This document shows, in pieces, positions 13,392-27,969 of a stretch of DNA of 64,000 nt. Both the position numbers and the translations under genes were made by a program. The stretch's first letter is position 1; every line of letters starts with the position of its first letter. The notes under the pieces were generated by a model, which had not been told where the DNA came from, ran no database searches, and saw only the letters and a list, made by a program, of their open reading frames with translations. This DNA is from Callorhinchus milii (lineage: Eukaryota), in NCBI RefSeq assembly GCF_018977255.1, contig NW_024704742.1, forward strand, positions 64,668,001-64,732,000, given 5' to 3'.

Positions 13392-14115
13392 CTAAAGAGG
13401 GGCAAATAATGAGACTCATTAAGGTTCAAAATGCACTACAAAGTGGAAGCTTCAATCCCGTGCTCCACTGAAATCAAAATCCCAGCAGTGCAGCTTGACA
13501 ATGCTAACAAGAGTGCAAATTATCTCCTAAAAAGAGGCTCCACCTAACCATCTCTTGACATTTAACCCAAAGCAACACTGATATAAACTACTGTTTCCAT
13601 GCCATAACACTATGTAACACTTGTGAAGAACTAGTAGATGCTAAAGAGAGGGCTCTGTATCTTAAAAATAAAAAGTACACATACTCAAAATATCCTTTTC
13701 CCTAAATATTTATTATATCAGCAACTACTGAAGAGTTATTGAATCCAATATAATATGAATTAACAGATATTGTTGATGCTAAAGCACTGTAGGCTAATAT
13801 ATATATATACACACACACACAGTGAATTCAGCTCCCTCAATCTAACAAGTTCAGGAACACTAGTGATGCTGTCAGCGCCTGAGGTGAGAAGGCGCTGATG
13901 GGAGCCAAGTAGGAGAGCCTTGGTCTTGTCGATATTCAACTGGAGAAAATTGGCTCTCATCCAGGACTATAAAAAAAATCCACAGAAACATTTTGTTTAA
14001 ATAAAAATGGTACAGGAGATAAAAGATTTTTAAAAGATTTTTATGTTTGAAGAAACAATTTATAAAGGCACACTAAAAGGTACATTAACAACTAGATGTA
14101 TGTAATATAGATCAC

Positions 14116-14195
14116 CTGCACTTCTGTGGACGAACAAGGTGAGCCAGCTCAGCAAACCTCCAAAGTGCAGCACGAAGACTTCGAGAGGGGCCATT
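14116..14195 (-). CDS. HTT: Huntingtin exon 5 (80 nt): [26 protein letters not shown](R)
   Basis: tacag acceptor and gtgatc donor; conserved peptide. Confidence 0.96.
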
Positions 14196-14920
14196 CTGTA
14201 CATCGAAAGAAATAAAGTTGAGATGTCTCAAATAATTTTACAGACTATACTGTAAAGTGAATTAACTGTATATTTTGTGGGTGAAACGCAGCAGCCAATT
14301 GCACACAGCAGTTTCCCCACAAACAGTTGTGGATTGATTGATCACATTTTTTTGTTGTGTTGAAGGGATTATTTCCCCTTTTTATTATTTATTGTTACAT
14401 ATTTGATCACCCTAGTTGAAATATTGGGCTCTTAAAGACAATCAGTAAATGCAACGGATTTAATATTGTCCCAGATTATGGAACTTAGAAGTTGCCAACA
14501 GCTATCTGTTAAACAATTAAGTTGCCTTGATAGTAATATTTTCCCCAAGCTAATTAACACTACTCATCTTAAAAACATTTGGCATATAGATTCCATTCCT
14601 ATGTTGCTTTAGATATTGCCTGACATTTACTAAATCAAGTTAACAATGCTCACTTTTGAAGGAGCAAATCACTATTTCAAATGCATTTCTATAGAATCTC
14701 AATAAACAACTGGTGTTAAACATGCTGCACCTCAACAATGCTTAATGCCATTAATAGACAGAAGTTACAGTCTGTGTCAGTTTACTTCCATCAATTTCAG
14801 TCACAAATTTAATGCAGATTGAAATGGAATTTATGAAAGGAATACAATTATGCAAAATCATCATTTTACACGATTCTGTGGAAAAAAAATCGGTGGGCAT
14901 TTTTCAGATTGCTTACCAAC

Positions 14921-14980
14921 CTTTTTGATTTCTTTATAGAGCTCTAATTGCAACCTCGGCAGATTCGAGTCCATCAGGGC
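14921..14980 (-). CDS. HTT: Huntingtin exon 4 (60 nt): ALMDSNLPRLQLELYKEIKK
   Basis: gatag acceptor and gttggt donor; highly conserved HTT peptide. Confidence 0.96.
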
Positions 14981-15412
14981 CTATCAACAAAAGAAACAGC
15001 TAGACATTGGATTTTGCTTTAAAAGACATCTTTAGTGTTAATTAACAGCCTATATAGACCTTAAATGTTAAAATTACAGAAAAACATTCTTACATTTTTA
15101 CAGAAGTCTCTGAAGAAGGCAGGGTTAATTCCAACTTCATACTAATCAGTTTTCTGAAATTTTATTGTGCAAGTGGCAGAGTTTAATCGTCTTATTGTGA
15201 TTAGTTGCCAATAAGGATGTCACAAATCCTTAAAGGTTTGAACAACAGAGAAATCAATTTGGGTCCAGATACACACAGATGGCATAATAATAATCCTTGC
15301 ATTTGATATAGCGCCTTATCACGTCATTGAGATGTTGCAAAGCGCTTCATAGAATATACTGTGAAGTGAATTGACTGTACATTTGTGGGCTTCATGTATC
15401 TCAGAATGCTTA

Positions 15413-15685
<273 letters not shown>

Positions 15686-16571
15686 TCACGGGTAGCATCT
15701 CAGTGTGCTTATATATTATCTGATAACAACATACTATGAACAGCATACCCTGCCAAGTTTTTATTTTAAAAAGAAGGTATTTTTAAACAATCAGAGTTAG
15801 AACAAATCTTCAGAATTTCATTCAGTACTGCATCTGCTTTTCTTGTGATCTGGAGTGCTTAAGAACACTCTGAGATGCTACATTGTGTGAAGGGCGCTAT
15901 ATAAATTCAAGTTGTTATAAACAGTTTTTCTCTAGTTACTTCCTACTTCATTCTCCTCTTGGTTTTCTGGGTCACACACGAACTGTGAACAAACAAGGCC
16001 AGCAACCAACACCAAAGCCATCAAAATATCACTGCGAATGTGCTGCCAATCCATGTGCAAGATCAACCTAGGCACTAGTGCTGGTGATGGATGTTATTTT
16101 TCAATCCTGTTGGAGGTATCTAATCAATACAAACATTGTATTCCAGGAACAATGAAAGTAATTCTGGGAGGAAATAAAACCTACTGTATGCAAGAGTGAG
16201 ATCAAAAAATATTTTTAAACAAAGTTACAAAAATGAGCAATCCACTGTCCCAGAAGAATCAATTATGATGTTTAAAAGGGAGATAAGTATTCGGGATGTA
16301 TTTCCGTATTGAGGGGAAAAGGAAGAAAAGTCAGAGAAATCAGATACCACGATCAAATTGGTGATAAAAAGCTCAATAGGCTGAAAGTTAAATTAAAAGG
16401 GCTTCAAGTCAAATAGATAGTGGCAAATTTTATTCTACATTATTCAATATACAATATTGATTAATGAAAGCTCAGTAGATTAATCTCAAATGAATATTCT
16501 CACAAGCACAAGCAGCAAGTAATAACTCAAAATTATAACATTAATATAAATTTAGGTTAAATCTAGTTTAC

Positions 16572-16655
16572 CTCAGAGACTGTGCAACAATGTTTTCACA
16601 AATGGTCAGGCAGTGTGTTACACGGTCCTTTTTGGTAGTGGCAGATTCTTTCTTC
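16572..16655 (-). CDS. HTT: Huntingtin exon 2 (84 nt): [27 protein letters not shown](R)
   Basis: tttctttag acceptor and gtaaac donor; the peptide matches vertebrate [21 protein letters not shown]; phase joins exon 1. Confidence 0.96.
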
Positions 16656-18407
16656 CTAAAGAAAATGAAGACGTGAGAGAGCAATTAGATAGACATCCAC
16701 AGAGTAAGGTAGATAACCATAGGCAGCTGAGGCAAAAATCAGAAATGCATAATAGTAATCTTTGCCTTGGATATAGCGCTTTTCACATCACAAGGATATT
16801 TCAAAGTCTTTCACAGAATTTTTGGTGTAAAGTACTGTGGTTGTATGTTTTGTAGGAAAACTCCAATGGAGAATCTTAGGTAAAAACCAATGCCACTCCA
16901 CTCAACGAAGAACACCGATGCTCCTGCTCCATGTAGACTCAGAACACAAAATAATTTGTGCATTTTACTGGATTTGATGCTTATTTGTGAAGTTTACATT
17001 TACTGGAGGTGCAATAATTCACAAGTACTGCATGTGCTATCAAATCTTTCTCATGAACTAAAATAATACTGCTAATAATGTAATATCCAATAATTTGTAA
17101 AATGCGCTGATGTGTGGAAAAACATATTAATTCAATTGTAAATGTCATTACAAAGTAGGGAAGCTCACATTTTGTAGGGAAATACAGCCATTATTCGTTA
17201 ATGCTCATTCTCCAAACCCTTAAATATTTGGTTTCAGGTTGTAGTTGTGATAAACTTCTTTAAGTTATAGATGTGTGGACAAGATTGCTAAAATTTAATT
17301 GTGTGTAAAAATGCAACATAACACGGTATTTAATATAACTCACAATTCTACATCTTAAAGCTTTACAGTTCAAGAAACCTGATCCACATTCATTTTGCAC
17401 CAAAATAATTAAAACTCCAAATTAAAACCATCCTATATCGAACTGCTTTAATTAGTCACTCACTTCATGGCTGTTTGCTATTAGCTTACACAATGAACCA
17501 TATTTGCACATTGAAACACTCAACAGGAATGAGAGATTTGACTTCTCAGAACAGACTGGAAGAACTGTTTCCCTAGAACCAGCAAAGACTGAGAAGAGAT
17601 TTGATAGAGGCTTTTTTATACCGAACAAAGCGATTATTATTATTATGACAAAGAAAGATCCTATTGTAGTTGAGGCATAATCCATTTGCTCCTAATATTG
17701 ATTTAGATTAACATCTAAAAAGAAGAAACATAAAAGAGCAAGGGGAAGGGGGCCTAAGTAGATCCCTTTTTCAAAAAGCCACCATAGGCGTTATGGACGA
17801 ATGACCCATATCTGTCCTACACATTTCTAGGATTTTATGTATGGTTCCAGTCTTTGCTATCAAATGAATTGTAGGCACTACATTGCTTTACCTAAAATCA
17901 GACTAGCCTAGATGGCCAACTGTATCATCTGTATACTGTGCACGAGATCACAGAGGTGAGACAGAATTTAAACACTTCCATCTAGCTTCCCCAACGATAT
18001 GGTTGGCAAAGTGGAGCAGCCAGGTGTAGTATTAAGCCACAAACACCAGGCTTGAATCTCAGCTTGTGCAAAACTAACTGATATCACACTATCTATGTAA
18101 CCTCCTAAAAATCTAGCTATCTAGCCACTCCATTTGCTTAGCTAACACTGACCTGCTTCATGTCCCCTGCCTGATTATTGAATGACAGGTCCTCCACTCC
18201 AAGTTAAAAATCCTTCTCAAGATGTACCTCGTTGACAATGCTTTCGGACACCTTTCTCCTTCCCATCCTCTTCAGCATTCACACTCCTCCCCAGCTCGAG
18301 TCCCAGCCGTAAACTTAAAGCACTTTTAGATATCATGCAGGTTTGAAAGATGCCATATAGATGTTAATGTCATTGTATTTATTGGGACAGCAGGAAAAGC
18401 ACAACTA

Positions 18408-18722
18408 TAATAATAATCCTTGCATTTGATATAGCACCTTATCACGTCTTCGAGATGTCTCAAAGCACTTCACAGAATACACTGCAGTGAATTGACTGTA
18501 TATTTTGTGGGCAAAGCGCTGCAGCCAATTATTATTTTGTTTTGAAGGAATTATTACACCCGTAAAAGCGATCTGCCAATCGACTAACAACCGGGTTCCT
18601 ATTTACTGCTAGGTAAACAGAGGCGTGTGGAGTAAGGAAACTTGCCCAAGGTTTCGTCCTGCCTAACAAAAACAAGCTAACCACTGAGATACAGCTCTAA
18701 CCACTGAGCTACAGGACTCCAC
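18408..18722 (-). mobile_element. tRNA-SINE, long subfamily (extra ~65-bp internal segment)
   Basis: Same head and tail as the short copies plus TCTGTTTACCTAGCAGTAAATAGGAACC... segment. Confidence 0.85.
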
Positions 18723-21700
18723 TGCAATGGTAATGATACTGGCCAATGATGACATTTCTTTATCATTATCAAGATGTTCGCATTACTTAGATAAAGTCAT
18801 CCCTCAAATTAATTTTATCCATTTTTCTTTATGATTGATGACTACCCTCTCTTACCTCTTCCCAAAACAGCCAACTTGTATCTCTCTCAGAACACCTACC
18901 TTTGAATTTTCTCTCATTGCCACCTTACTTCTCATGGCAATCTCAAACTTGGTTTGACCCAACCCCAAAACTCTCAATCAGTTTTCTTTCTCCTGTTTCT
19001 CTGTATGAATATCACTTATTCGCCTCTCCTTTTCTTTCCACTCACAATAATTTGCTCCAGATCCTGCCCTCGCCCTTTTGTTGCTCTGTGTTTATCTCGT
19101 CACAGGATCCTCCCTCCTTATCTTGCTCATTCTGGTTCTACTGTTGAGTAAAATGCCGCAGAACTGCTCTGAATGATTTCATGCCTGAATCAGCTTTATT
19201 TTACCTTCCTCGCACACCAAGAAATTTCCAGTTTCAAAAGTTATTTGGTATCCAGCCACTAGTCTCTGCAATGACCTTTCCAAGAGTTCTGTATTGGCTC
19301 TCTTGCTGCTGGATAACAACTAGCCTCAGCGTTCCTGGATTCGGAGGGAGGGTGCAAAAAGCAAGCAGGCTTTGTGTCCCTGATCTCTGTCTAGTACCAC
19401 CTGGATATGCACATGTGGACATTGGGTGAGGACAGCATTGATTATAGCTGAAAATATCTAAAAACATAATTTTGCATTTTGCTTTCTGACTCTCCATGTC
19501 ACTCAAGAATCACAAACAAAGAATGAGTACTTGGGTACGTTGTAGGAAGGTGAGTTGTGAAATCATACCCAGCAAGGGATCGGGAGGGATGGCAGGAAAT
19601 TGACAGAGGGAGAAAAAAGTCCCCTCCCTCCCCAGTCTAGGTTGGGAAGGGTATCTATGGATAGTGACAAGTGTCCCAAGTGAAAACTGCTGATAATTAA
19701 TAAATTAATAAATTATTATTATAAATTGACAATGCAGTTAGGATGTATTCTTCTGAAAGTGGGACAATGTTTGTTTGAAAGCGGAAAGGCAGGAAACAAT
19801 CTAAACAGAGTCAACTCAGGCAAGATATACCAAATGGCATCCTTCTGTCTTGTATATTTCTATGCTTATAACTTTCAAGACATCCAGAATCCTAGGGAAG
19901 CAAGGGGTCAGAGAGGCTCCAGGAGTAATGCAGCTCCACTGAAGTGTTTTGACACCTGTCTTATACCCCACAAGCCTCACCTGCATTGAGATCTTCCTGA
20001 CTTTGAAAAGAGACGAGAACAAACATACGGCTCTGTCCCATAAGACAGTGTCCAAAGCAAAGTTTCAACAATCGAAACAAAGGTCCCTTGTAACGTCCAA
20101 TTAATACCTTTCAAGGTCCTCTCCCAAACCATAATATCGTACTTGGGGCACTCACTAAGTGGCACAGTGTTCAAGATGTTCTTTGAATTAGTTAAGTTGA
20201 AAAATGTTTAAAAACAATTATGCTAAGAAAAACAACTGGGATTGGTAACCTTAGAATCAGGCAGTTGCCATAACCCAGTAGAATGATGTAAGATTACACC
20301 ACAGCACAGGATACCAAACCAAACACAATCCAGAGTTTCAAGTATGGATGTTTGTTCCCACTTTTGATTTTTCCTTCAAAGTGGAATTAAGAAACATTTA
20401 ATAATTCAAAGGAATTTTAACATCGCTTCTGAAGAGATTCTCACATACAATTAATTTTTTAAAAGGCTTCACTGGATAGTGATCATGAGCAGGAAACTTA
20501 GTCGCCATTTCCCCTGCATTGCCCAGGGGCACGGAGGACACACATAGCAACCCATCTGCTACTCAGTTAACACCACAAATCGGGATTTAAATCCATGACC
20601 TTCTGGTCTGTATGGCTGAGTGCTAAACTGGCTCGTATCTAAACCATCTGGGGAGTTGGCACAAGCTTTATTTGCAAAGTTAGAATCTATTAACTAAATT
20701 CTCTTCTGACAAACAGAAATGATCTCTTAAGTTCAAGTTCATAGACCATTTTAACTCTTTAATCTAATTCTCATTGGTTTTTTTTCAAACCTCAATCGTG
20801 TAATGGTTAATAAATCAGACTGTCAAAGTGTGCAAGTACAGTAAATGTCAATCTGGAATTAGGAAAGAAAATGCTGTGATGAAAGTCACAACTATAAATA
20901 CTGAAGTATACTTGCACCGTAGGTTAGTTTAACATACTGGCAATGTGTTATTGGAATAGTAATTCTGCAGATGTGCAAATCTGAGATGTCTTTGCACATG
21001 TGCATTGCAAGAACAATTTCAGATGTTTTACAAAAATCTATTAAGACTGATTGTCACTTTGTAGTTAGGAGTACTGAATTGTTTGGTTTCCTATTGCTCA
21101 CAAAATTGTGCACTACCAATCTGTGTTATGCAAATGTTCACACCAAAAGCTTCTTGCAGAATTGTAAACAAGATGTTACAAGACAGCTCTATATATTAAT
21201 ACTAAGACTAGATGGCCAATGTGACCAGCCAGATCAACGCTTTGGCCAAATATTCTAAAATGCATTAGTAGGTTTAACATAATTTGTTATATCAGTCACC
21301 ATTTCAAGATATGTACGAGCCTAATTTTTAAATAAAGGCATACAGGGATACTCAGTTGGACCTAACTTTCTTTGCATCAGTACGCGCATTAGTTATAAAA
21401 CTGCATGCAAAATTAAACAAAAGGTCCCTGTGGAAACAATGACTTTTAGTGTGAAAACGAGCAGGTACTCTTTCCTCCCATAACACAGAAATCCACCATA
21501 GTATGAAACACTCATATTCATAAAAAATAAATATGAAGTGGTAACCAACGATTACAGTGGTTTACCTTTTTTTAAAATCAATTTAGCGGATTTTTTAAGA
21601 TAAATTCCTTTGCTCTTCTGATTCTGTCTATTGCTAATTCTCCTCTACACCATTAGTGGCTAAACCTTCAGCTCTTCTGAAACACTTCCCAAACTACTTT

Positions 21701-22999
21701 ACCTTGCTCTCTCTTTTTCTGCCTTTAAAACATCTCCTCAACCTCTTCAAGAATACTTTTTGTCAACATCTTTAAATCTCATATTTCCCAGCTCGGTGTC
21801 TACTACAAATCTGTCACATACCATGAAAGGTTGTTTTATGTAAAACATAATATAAATGTAAATTGTTGCTGAATGAATGACCCCCAAAATATAGTCAAAT
21901 CACTTTACAGTACTGTATATTCTGTGAAGCGCTTTGAGAAACCTCAACGACATGATAATGCGCTATATCAAATGCAAGGGTTATTATTAGTGAGGAATGC
22001 AATATTCTATTCTACATCTGGTTTTAAATATCTACACTAACTGGACTGGAGTTAACAATCTACTGCTACATATCTTTCTAATTTTAATCATGAAAATCGG
22101 AATGTTTTAGTGACATGGTTGCATCTCTAGTCAAAGACAGTAAAGAACTGGACTAAAGTAAATATAGCCTATTTGTAAATTGAAATTAAAACTAGATTAT
22201 ACTGACACCAATCCTCACAGCAAGCAGCTGCACATACTTACACTCTATAGTGGGGCATCACACAAAGACACGACAATACTGGACCTTAGGTATGGCTCAA
22301 CACAGTCACACCTGGACACTTATGCCAGTCATAAGCAGTCAACATATAAGCCTCATTCCTTACCACAAGGTAATATGTAGCGTATACTGTTTTCAAATTA
22401 AAACAATGTTTGAGAATGTGTTGCAACTGAATTACAAGGGAATACTGCAGATTTTCCAAGCAAAAAAACAAACATTATTCCATTCGCCTCGGTTCTCTGA
22501 AGATTTAGTATTTTTTCCAAAGTCCTGCTCCACATTCCTCCATTTGCCCAAGAATTACCAATTTTGTTATGCCAGACTCTAATCGTCAACTCCAGACATG
22601 AACACACAAGTATGCAGCCAAATGTTACTGTAATCATTTCATTATATTTGACATGAATTGTGGTCAAAAGCTTTTGCTTCATCAATCACATACAGTAATA
22701 AAACCTTGCAGTACTTCTCAGAAGTGCTAGACAGAAGTTCAATACCTGGTCAATTACAAAACCAGAGTAGAGCATTCTGTTCTACAACTTCAACGCACAA
22801 CTTTGTGACTAAGGATGTGAGCAGCCAATTCCTTCCAAAGATGCTCTTCATCTTATAGAACCACCACCCCACCACCACCGTCCTCCATCCCTCCTGACCC
22901 CAACCCAACTCCCAGCTCGGGTCCAAAACCTCCGATTGTCCAGCGCTCTGGGACGTCTTTCCAATGTGAAGAGTGCTATTTAAGTGTAACTTGTTGTTG

Positions 23000-23085
23000 T
23001 GGACCCGAAACATTGACTCACTTTCATTTTTCCATAGATGCTGCCTGACCTGCTGAGTGTTCCCAACGACTTCTGTTTTTGTTCC
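23000..23085 (+). mobile_element. Penelope-like element terminal fragment
   Basis: gacccgaaac...catagatgctgcctgacctgctgag...ttctgttttt resembles the common chondrichthyan Penelope-type end. Confidence 0.5.
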
Positions 23086-23439
23086 CTACTTACCTAATTT
23101 GGTAAAGTATTAGGCACAGGATTGTGAGAGCCAAAGCTTGGGGACCATAGAACATGCACTGGAGTACTTTTTGACTTTAACCGGCTAAAAATATGTAGTT
23201 TGTCACTGCAGATACTGTCCAGCAAGCTTCCATCACTGTCCAGCTCGGACCACGCTCCCTGTTAGGGTGTTAGTTTGAAGGGGGGTAACAGGAACTGAGA
23301 GAGAAGAATCCCTGAGCTCAATTGATTGGTCTGGCCCTTCAAGTCAAGCTGTTTTAAGTGCAAGGCAAAGCAAGAAAGCTGGACTGCATCAATGAACATT
23401 AATTTTGCAGTAATCCATTTGAAATTAGTTTAATAAGGA

Positions 23440-24050
23440 TATGCTTGTGTCTGCACTTGCTCAGGACTATGATGAGATGCAGAATAAAACCCTTATCTAT
23501 AGAAAGTACAGTGGCGCTGTACATGCAACAACAACAAAACCAAAATAAAAGCAAATGGTGCATAACAAGACCAATGAAAGATTCAGGAAAGATGTTAGAG
23601 CCTTGGAGGGGTGCAGAGGTGTACGAGAATAATTTCGGGGATAAAGGCCTATAGTTATGAGGAGAGGTTGGCGAAGCTGGGCCTGTTTTCATTGGAGCAG
23701 AGAAGGTTGAGATGAGACCTAATAGAGATGTACAAAATCATGAGCGATTTTGTTAGAGTAGATGGAGAGGTTATTTCTACTGGAAGGCAGTAACTAGGGG
23801 ACATAAGTATAGGATAGCCACAAGAGTAAAAGAGGACTTTTTTCACCAAGAAAGTGTTTGGGATGTGGAATGCCCTGCCGATAGGGCAGTGGAGGCAGTT
23901 TCCATTGCAGCTTTTAAGAGAGAGGTGGACAGGCGTTTGAAAGAGAGGGACTTGAAGGGGCATGGAGATAAGGCTGGGCGGTGGGATTAAAGCGATATCC
24001 TTGCCCTGTGAATCGGCCCAGGCTTGATGGGTCAAATGGCATCCTTCTGC
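23440..24050 (+). mobile_element. CR1 LINE 3' fragment
   Basis: ttggagcagagaaggttgagatgagacctaatagagatgtacaaaatcatg; VFGMWNALP motif. Confidence 0.8.
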
Positions 24051-24457
24051 GCTGGAGACTGTGCTTCTATGTTCCAAACCAGGGTCATACAGCCTGCTAT
24101 TTAAGTGAAGTACAGCTGGCACTATTAATCGTATCCGAACAACAGAGAAAAAAGAAAATTAGCAACTTAAGTGACATTTGAAAAGTCAAAGTAAGATATG
24201 AATAAAAATGTAGTTGTGCTTTGTGTTCTCTACCAAAAAATTAGCCCCCACTGAAAAGAGCAGGTGAAGTGTACTCAGGCCTACAAAACTGCAACTCTTA
24301 CTGGGTGCTATGATAAATGCCAGAGCAACTCTATAGAAGCAGCAGGCCTTCACCCAGAACCTCCTCACAACAAAGTTCAAATATGAATCACTCACCATGT
24401 GAGGAATCTGATGCATCAGAGCCCTGATCGTCACTTTGCACACAGGGTTTTGGAGCA

Positions 24458-25220
24458 CAAACAACAAATGTCATTTGTATAGCGCCTTTCACGTTAGGAC
24501 AAAGTCTCAAGGCGCTGGACAATCGAGGATTTACATCCGAGCTGGAGTTGAATTTGTGAGGGGTGGGGGAAGGGGAAAAATGACCAGAGATGTGGTCAAA
24601 GAGAAAGGTCTTGAGATGGACCTTGAAGGAGGGGAGGGAAGAGGCGAAGTAAACAGACTCCAGGATGGAGTTCCAGAGAGTGGGCACAGATAGGCTAAAG
24701 AGCGATCGTCGACTGTGGGACAGGCCGGGTGGCGTACATGAAGCAGCCAGTACCTACCGAGCAAAGGCAGTGGGCATGTTGGTAGGGTTTAACAAGGTCG
24801 CGGAGGCAGGGTGGGGCAAGACTGTAATAATAATAATCCTTGCATTTGATATAGCGCTTTTCACTTCTTCCAGACGTCCCAAAGTGCTTCACAGAATATA
24901 CTGTAAAGTGTATATTTGTGGGCGAACGCGCAGCCAATTGCGCACAGCAATGTCCCACAAACAGTCGTAGATTGAAAATGACCAATTTATTATTGTTTTT
25001 GGTTTTGGAGGGATTATTATTAGGTGTGTGGAGTAAGGAAACTTGCCCAAGGTTTCGCTCTCTGGAATTGAACCCAGATCTCTCGCTTGCAAAGCGAGTG
25101 CTCTGACCACTGAGCTACAGGACTCCACATTTAGAAGTGAGGATGAGGATCCTGAACTTCAGTCAGTGGAGCCGGGGTAGGATGGGGGTGATTGGCTTGC
25201 AGAGCCTAATGCAGGAGAAA
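24458..25220 (-). mobile_element. L2 LINE 3' fragment
   Basis: PTLWNS..., FKVHLKTFLFD (ORF 24388..24687). Confidence 0.8.
24826..25129 (-). mobile_element. Young tRNA-SINE, short subfamily, inserted into an L2
   Basis: Near-identical to the 4761 and 53596 copies; interrupts L2 24458-25220. Confidence 0.9.
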
Positions 25221-25309
25221 CGTGCTACAGAGTTGTTATGGAAAGAATACATTCATGTTCACATGCACTCCCTTAAAAAGAAATATCTGCACAACACTGT
25301 CACTTTTTA

Positions 25310-26225
25310 ATACAAATTTAAAGGGAGTGCAAGGACAGAGAGGGTTCACATACACAAATCTTTGAAGGTGGCAGGACAAGTTGACAAAGCCAATAATAAA
25401 GCATATGGGATCCCTGACTTTATGAATAATGGTATAGAATACAAAAACAGAAAAGTTATGCTAAACCTTTATAAATCACTGGTTAAACCTGAGGTCGAAT
25501 ATTGTGTCCAATTCTGGGCACCACACTTTAGTAAGGATGTCAGGGCCTTCGAGAGGACATACAGGAGATTTAGCAGAATACCAGGTATGGGGCACTTCAG
25601 TTATGTAGACAGACTAAAGATGCTGGGATTGTTTCCCTTAGATTAGAGAAGGTTAAGGAGAGATTTAATAGAGGTGTTCAAAATTATGAGGGGTTTTGTT
25701 AAGAGTAAATAAGGAGAAACAGAGTTCTCTGGCAAATGGGTCAGTAACACAGAGAACACAGATTTAAGATAATTAGTTACTCCATTGATTTCCCAATCCA
25801 CGACTATTTGTGGGACACTCCTGTGACAATTGGCTACCACGTTTCACCTGCAAAATGTACAGTCAATTCACTTTACATTATATTCTGTGAAGCACTTTGA
25901 GACGTCTTAAAGACGTGATAAGACGCTATGTCAAATGCAAAAATGCAAGGATTATTATTATAATTGGCAAAAGAACCAGAGGAGAGACGAGGAGAAACTT
26001 TTTTTACCCAGCAATTGTTACGATCTGGAATGCATTACCTGAAAGGGTAGTATAAACAGATTTGATAGTAGCTTTCAAAAGGGAATTGGATATGCTCTTG
26101 AAAAGGACAAATCTGCACGGCTATGGGGTAAGAACAGGGAAGTGGGACTAGTTGGTAGCTCTTTCAAGGTCCCGGCAGACAAGATGGGCCAAATGGCCTC
26201 CTTCTGTCCTGTAAGATTCTATGAC
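25310..26225 (+). mobile_element. CR1 LINE 3' fragment interrupted by a truncated SINE (about 25775-25962)
   Basis: LYKSLVKPEVEYCVQFWAPH (ORF 25362..25646); RLRRDLIEVFKIM; attctatga tail. Confidence 0.9.
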
Positions 26226-27969
26226 TTAGCAGTAGATTCAGTAAAATTCACAATCACTTGATCACATAAATTAAACTGAATATGCCCATCAACCCCATCC
26301 TTGCTAGCTTCCACTGTCTCCATGTCTCCCAGATAGACTTCTAGATCCTCACTCACACCTACATTATATAAATTGTTATAACACACAAACAAGCAATTCA
26401 GCCTAACCAGTTCATACTCCACCCTCCTAATCACCTGCCATGCAACAAATTTCTACAGTATCCTTCACACCAGGAGGATGTCTCAAGGCACCGAACAGTC
26501 GAGCGTTTACACTCAAGTTGGAGGTTGGATTCAGGAAGGGTGTGGGCCAAGGAAGCAGATAACCAAAGGAGCAATCAAAGAGGAAGATTTGGGGAGCTTG
26601 AAGGGGTGAGGCAAAGGGATATCTGGATGGAGTTCTAGAGATTGGGGGCCATCAACCTGCCAGCTCCACCATCGACCAAGCTTTTAACTACAATCCTCCT
26701 GTTCTCTGCAACCCTCTAAATCGCTGCACCTCATGCCCTATATCCATTTTTAAAAGCCTTTTGAAAATCTACTTCATTGACCATACCTATGGTCACCCTT
26801 CCTCCAGCCTCCACTATCCCTGCTCAGTGTCCAGCTCTGTACCTGTAATACATTAAAACATGACTGTACTTAAAAGACACCGTATAACTGCAAACTGATG
26901 TTAAGGAATGTATCACAACAGGCTTCCTATTCAGTTAACAGGATATTCCCCACGGTACTAAAACTACATTTCAGCAATGCTTTTCATCATATTGAAGATT
27001 TTGTACAATTAGCTGATGAAAGGATGAATCTGGTTGCACGCTTGATGTGCATACCTTTGTAAAATGATATAATAGAACTAGCACCCGTGAGTGCTTAACC
27101 CGAGCCCCATACAAGCATAATTACAAATTCCAAGCAACATCTTAGTAATATTAATCTTCCCATACTTTGGCATTTAAAAGTTCATTTGGATATGTTTGTA
27201 TGAAATATAACCAGTAAAACCACGGTGGCATTACAATGCTTTTAAGCACAAACAAAATTTTTTTTCTAATCTTACAATCTGCCCTAAATTTAAAACCACA
27301 GTAAACAAACATCTACATTGTTTTCCACTATGTTAAGATGAAAAGGGCAACAGTGCTTAAAATATGTATCCCTCACCTTATATTATTTTCCTGTCAAAAT
27401 CAACAATTATCATAAAGTACCAGAAGCAAATTTAACCATCAATTAAGAAAGTTAATCTCAATATTCTAACCAGTAATTCCCCTGATTTCGCTCCCAGTTT
27501 CATCTGAAATTTTTGATAAAATTAAAGATTTTTCAGATTTTTTTTTGAACCTGCACTTCCAGATCCATTTGACTGAATCTTGAAATCATTTAAGAGGTTG
27601 AATCAAATCTTTCCATAAAAAATACATTAAAAAAATGCAAAAGCATGCAAGAATTTCATGTATAAAAAGACAAAAGATAGAAACTGAAACACAGATGGCC
27701 AATGTTAACCAACAAATCTGCTCACTGCCACTTCAACTGCACAGATGATTTTATTCGTAAAAAGGTAAATAGCTTGCTCTTTGCGTTTTTAATAAATGCA
27801 TGCACTATTCTGACCACCACCGGGTATAATAACTCTCCTCTTTCTTCCCAACTCCCCCTATTTCCGAACAATTATCAAAACATATTTCACCTCTCTCTAG
27901 AAAAATCTCGGTTATAAGTTTATAACTTAGCACTTGTCAAATTGCAGTGAAAACGCAGAAAGTGCTCAG

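Noticed and set aside
23000..23020. Hammerhead ribozyme in the Penelope-like fragment
   Set aside because: Only the 3' half (GACCCGAAAC) is present; the CTGANGA core is missing, replaced by an L2 tail.
23445..23654. ORF with a QQQQNQ run suggesting a displaced polyQ
   Set aside because: A (CAA)n stretch on the strand opposite HTT within CR1-derived intronic DNA; unrelated to the HTT tract.
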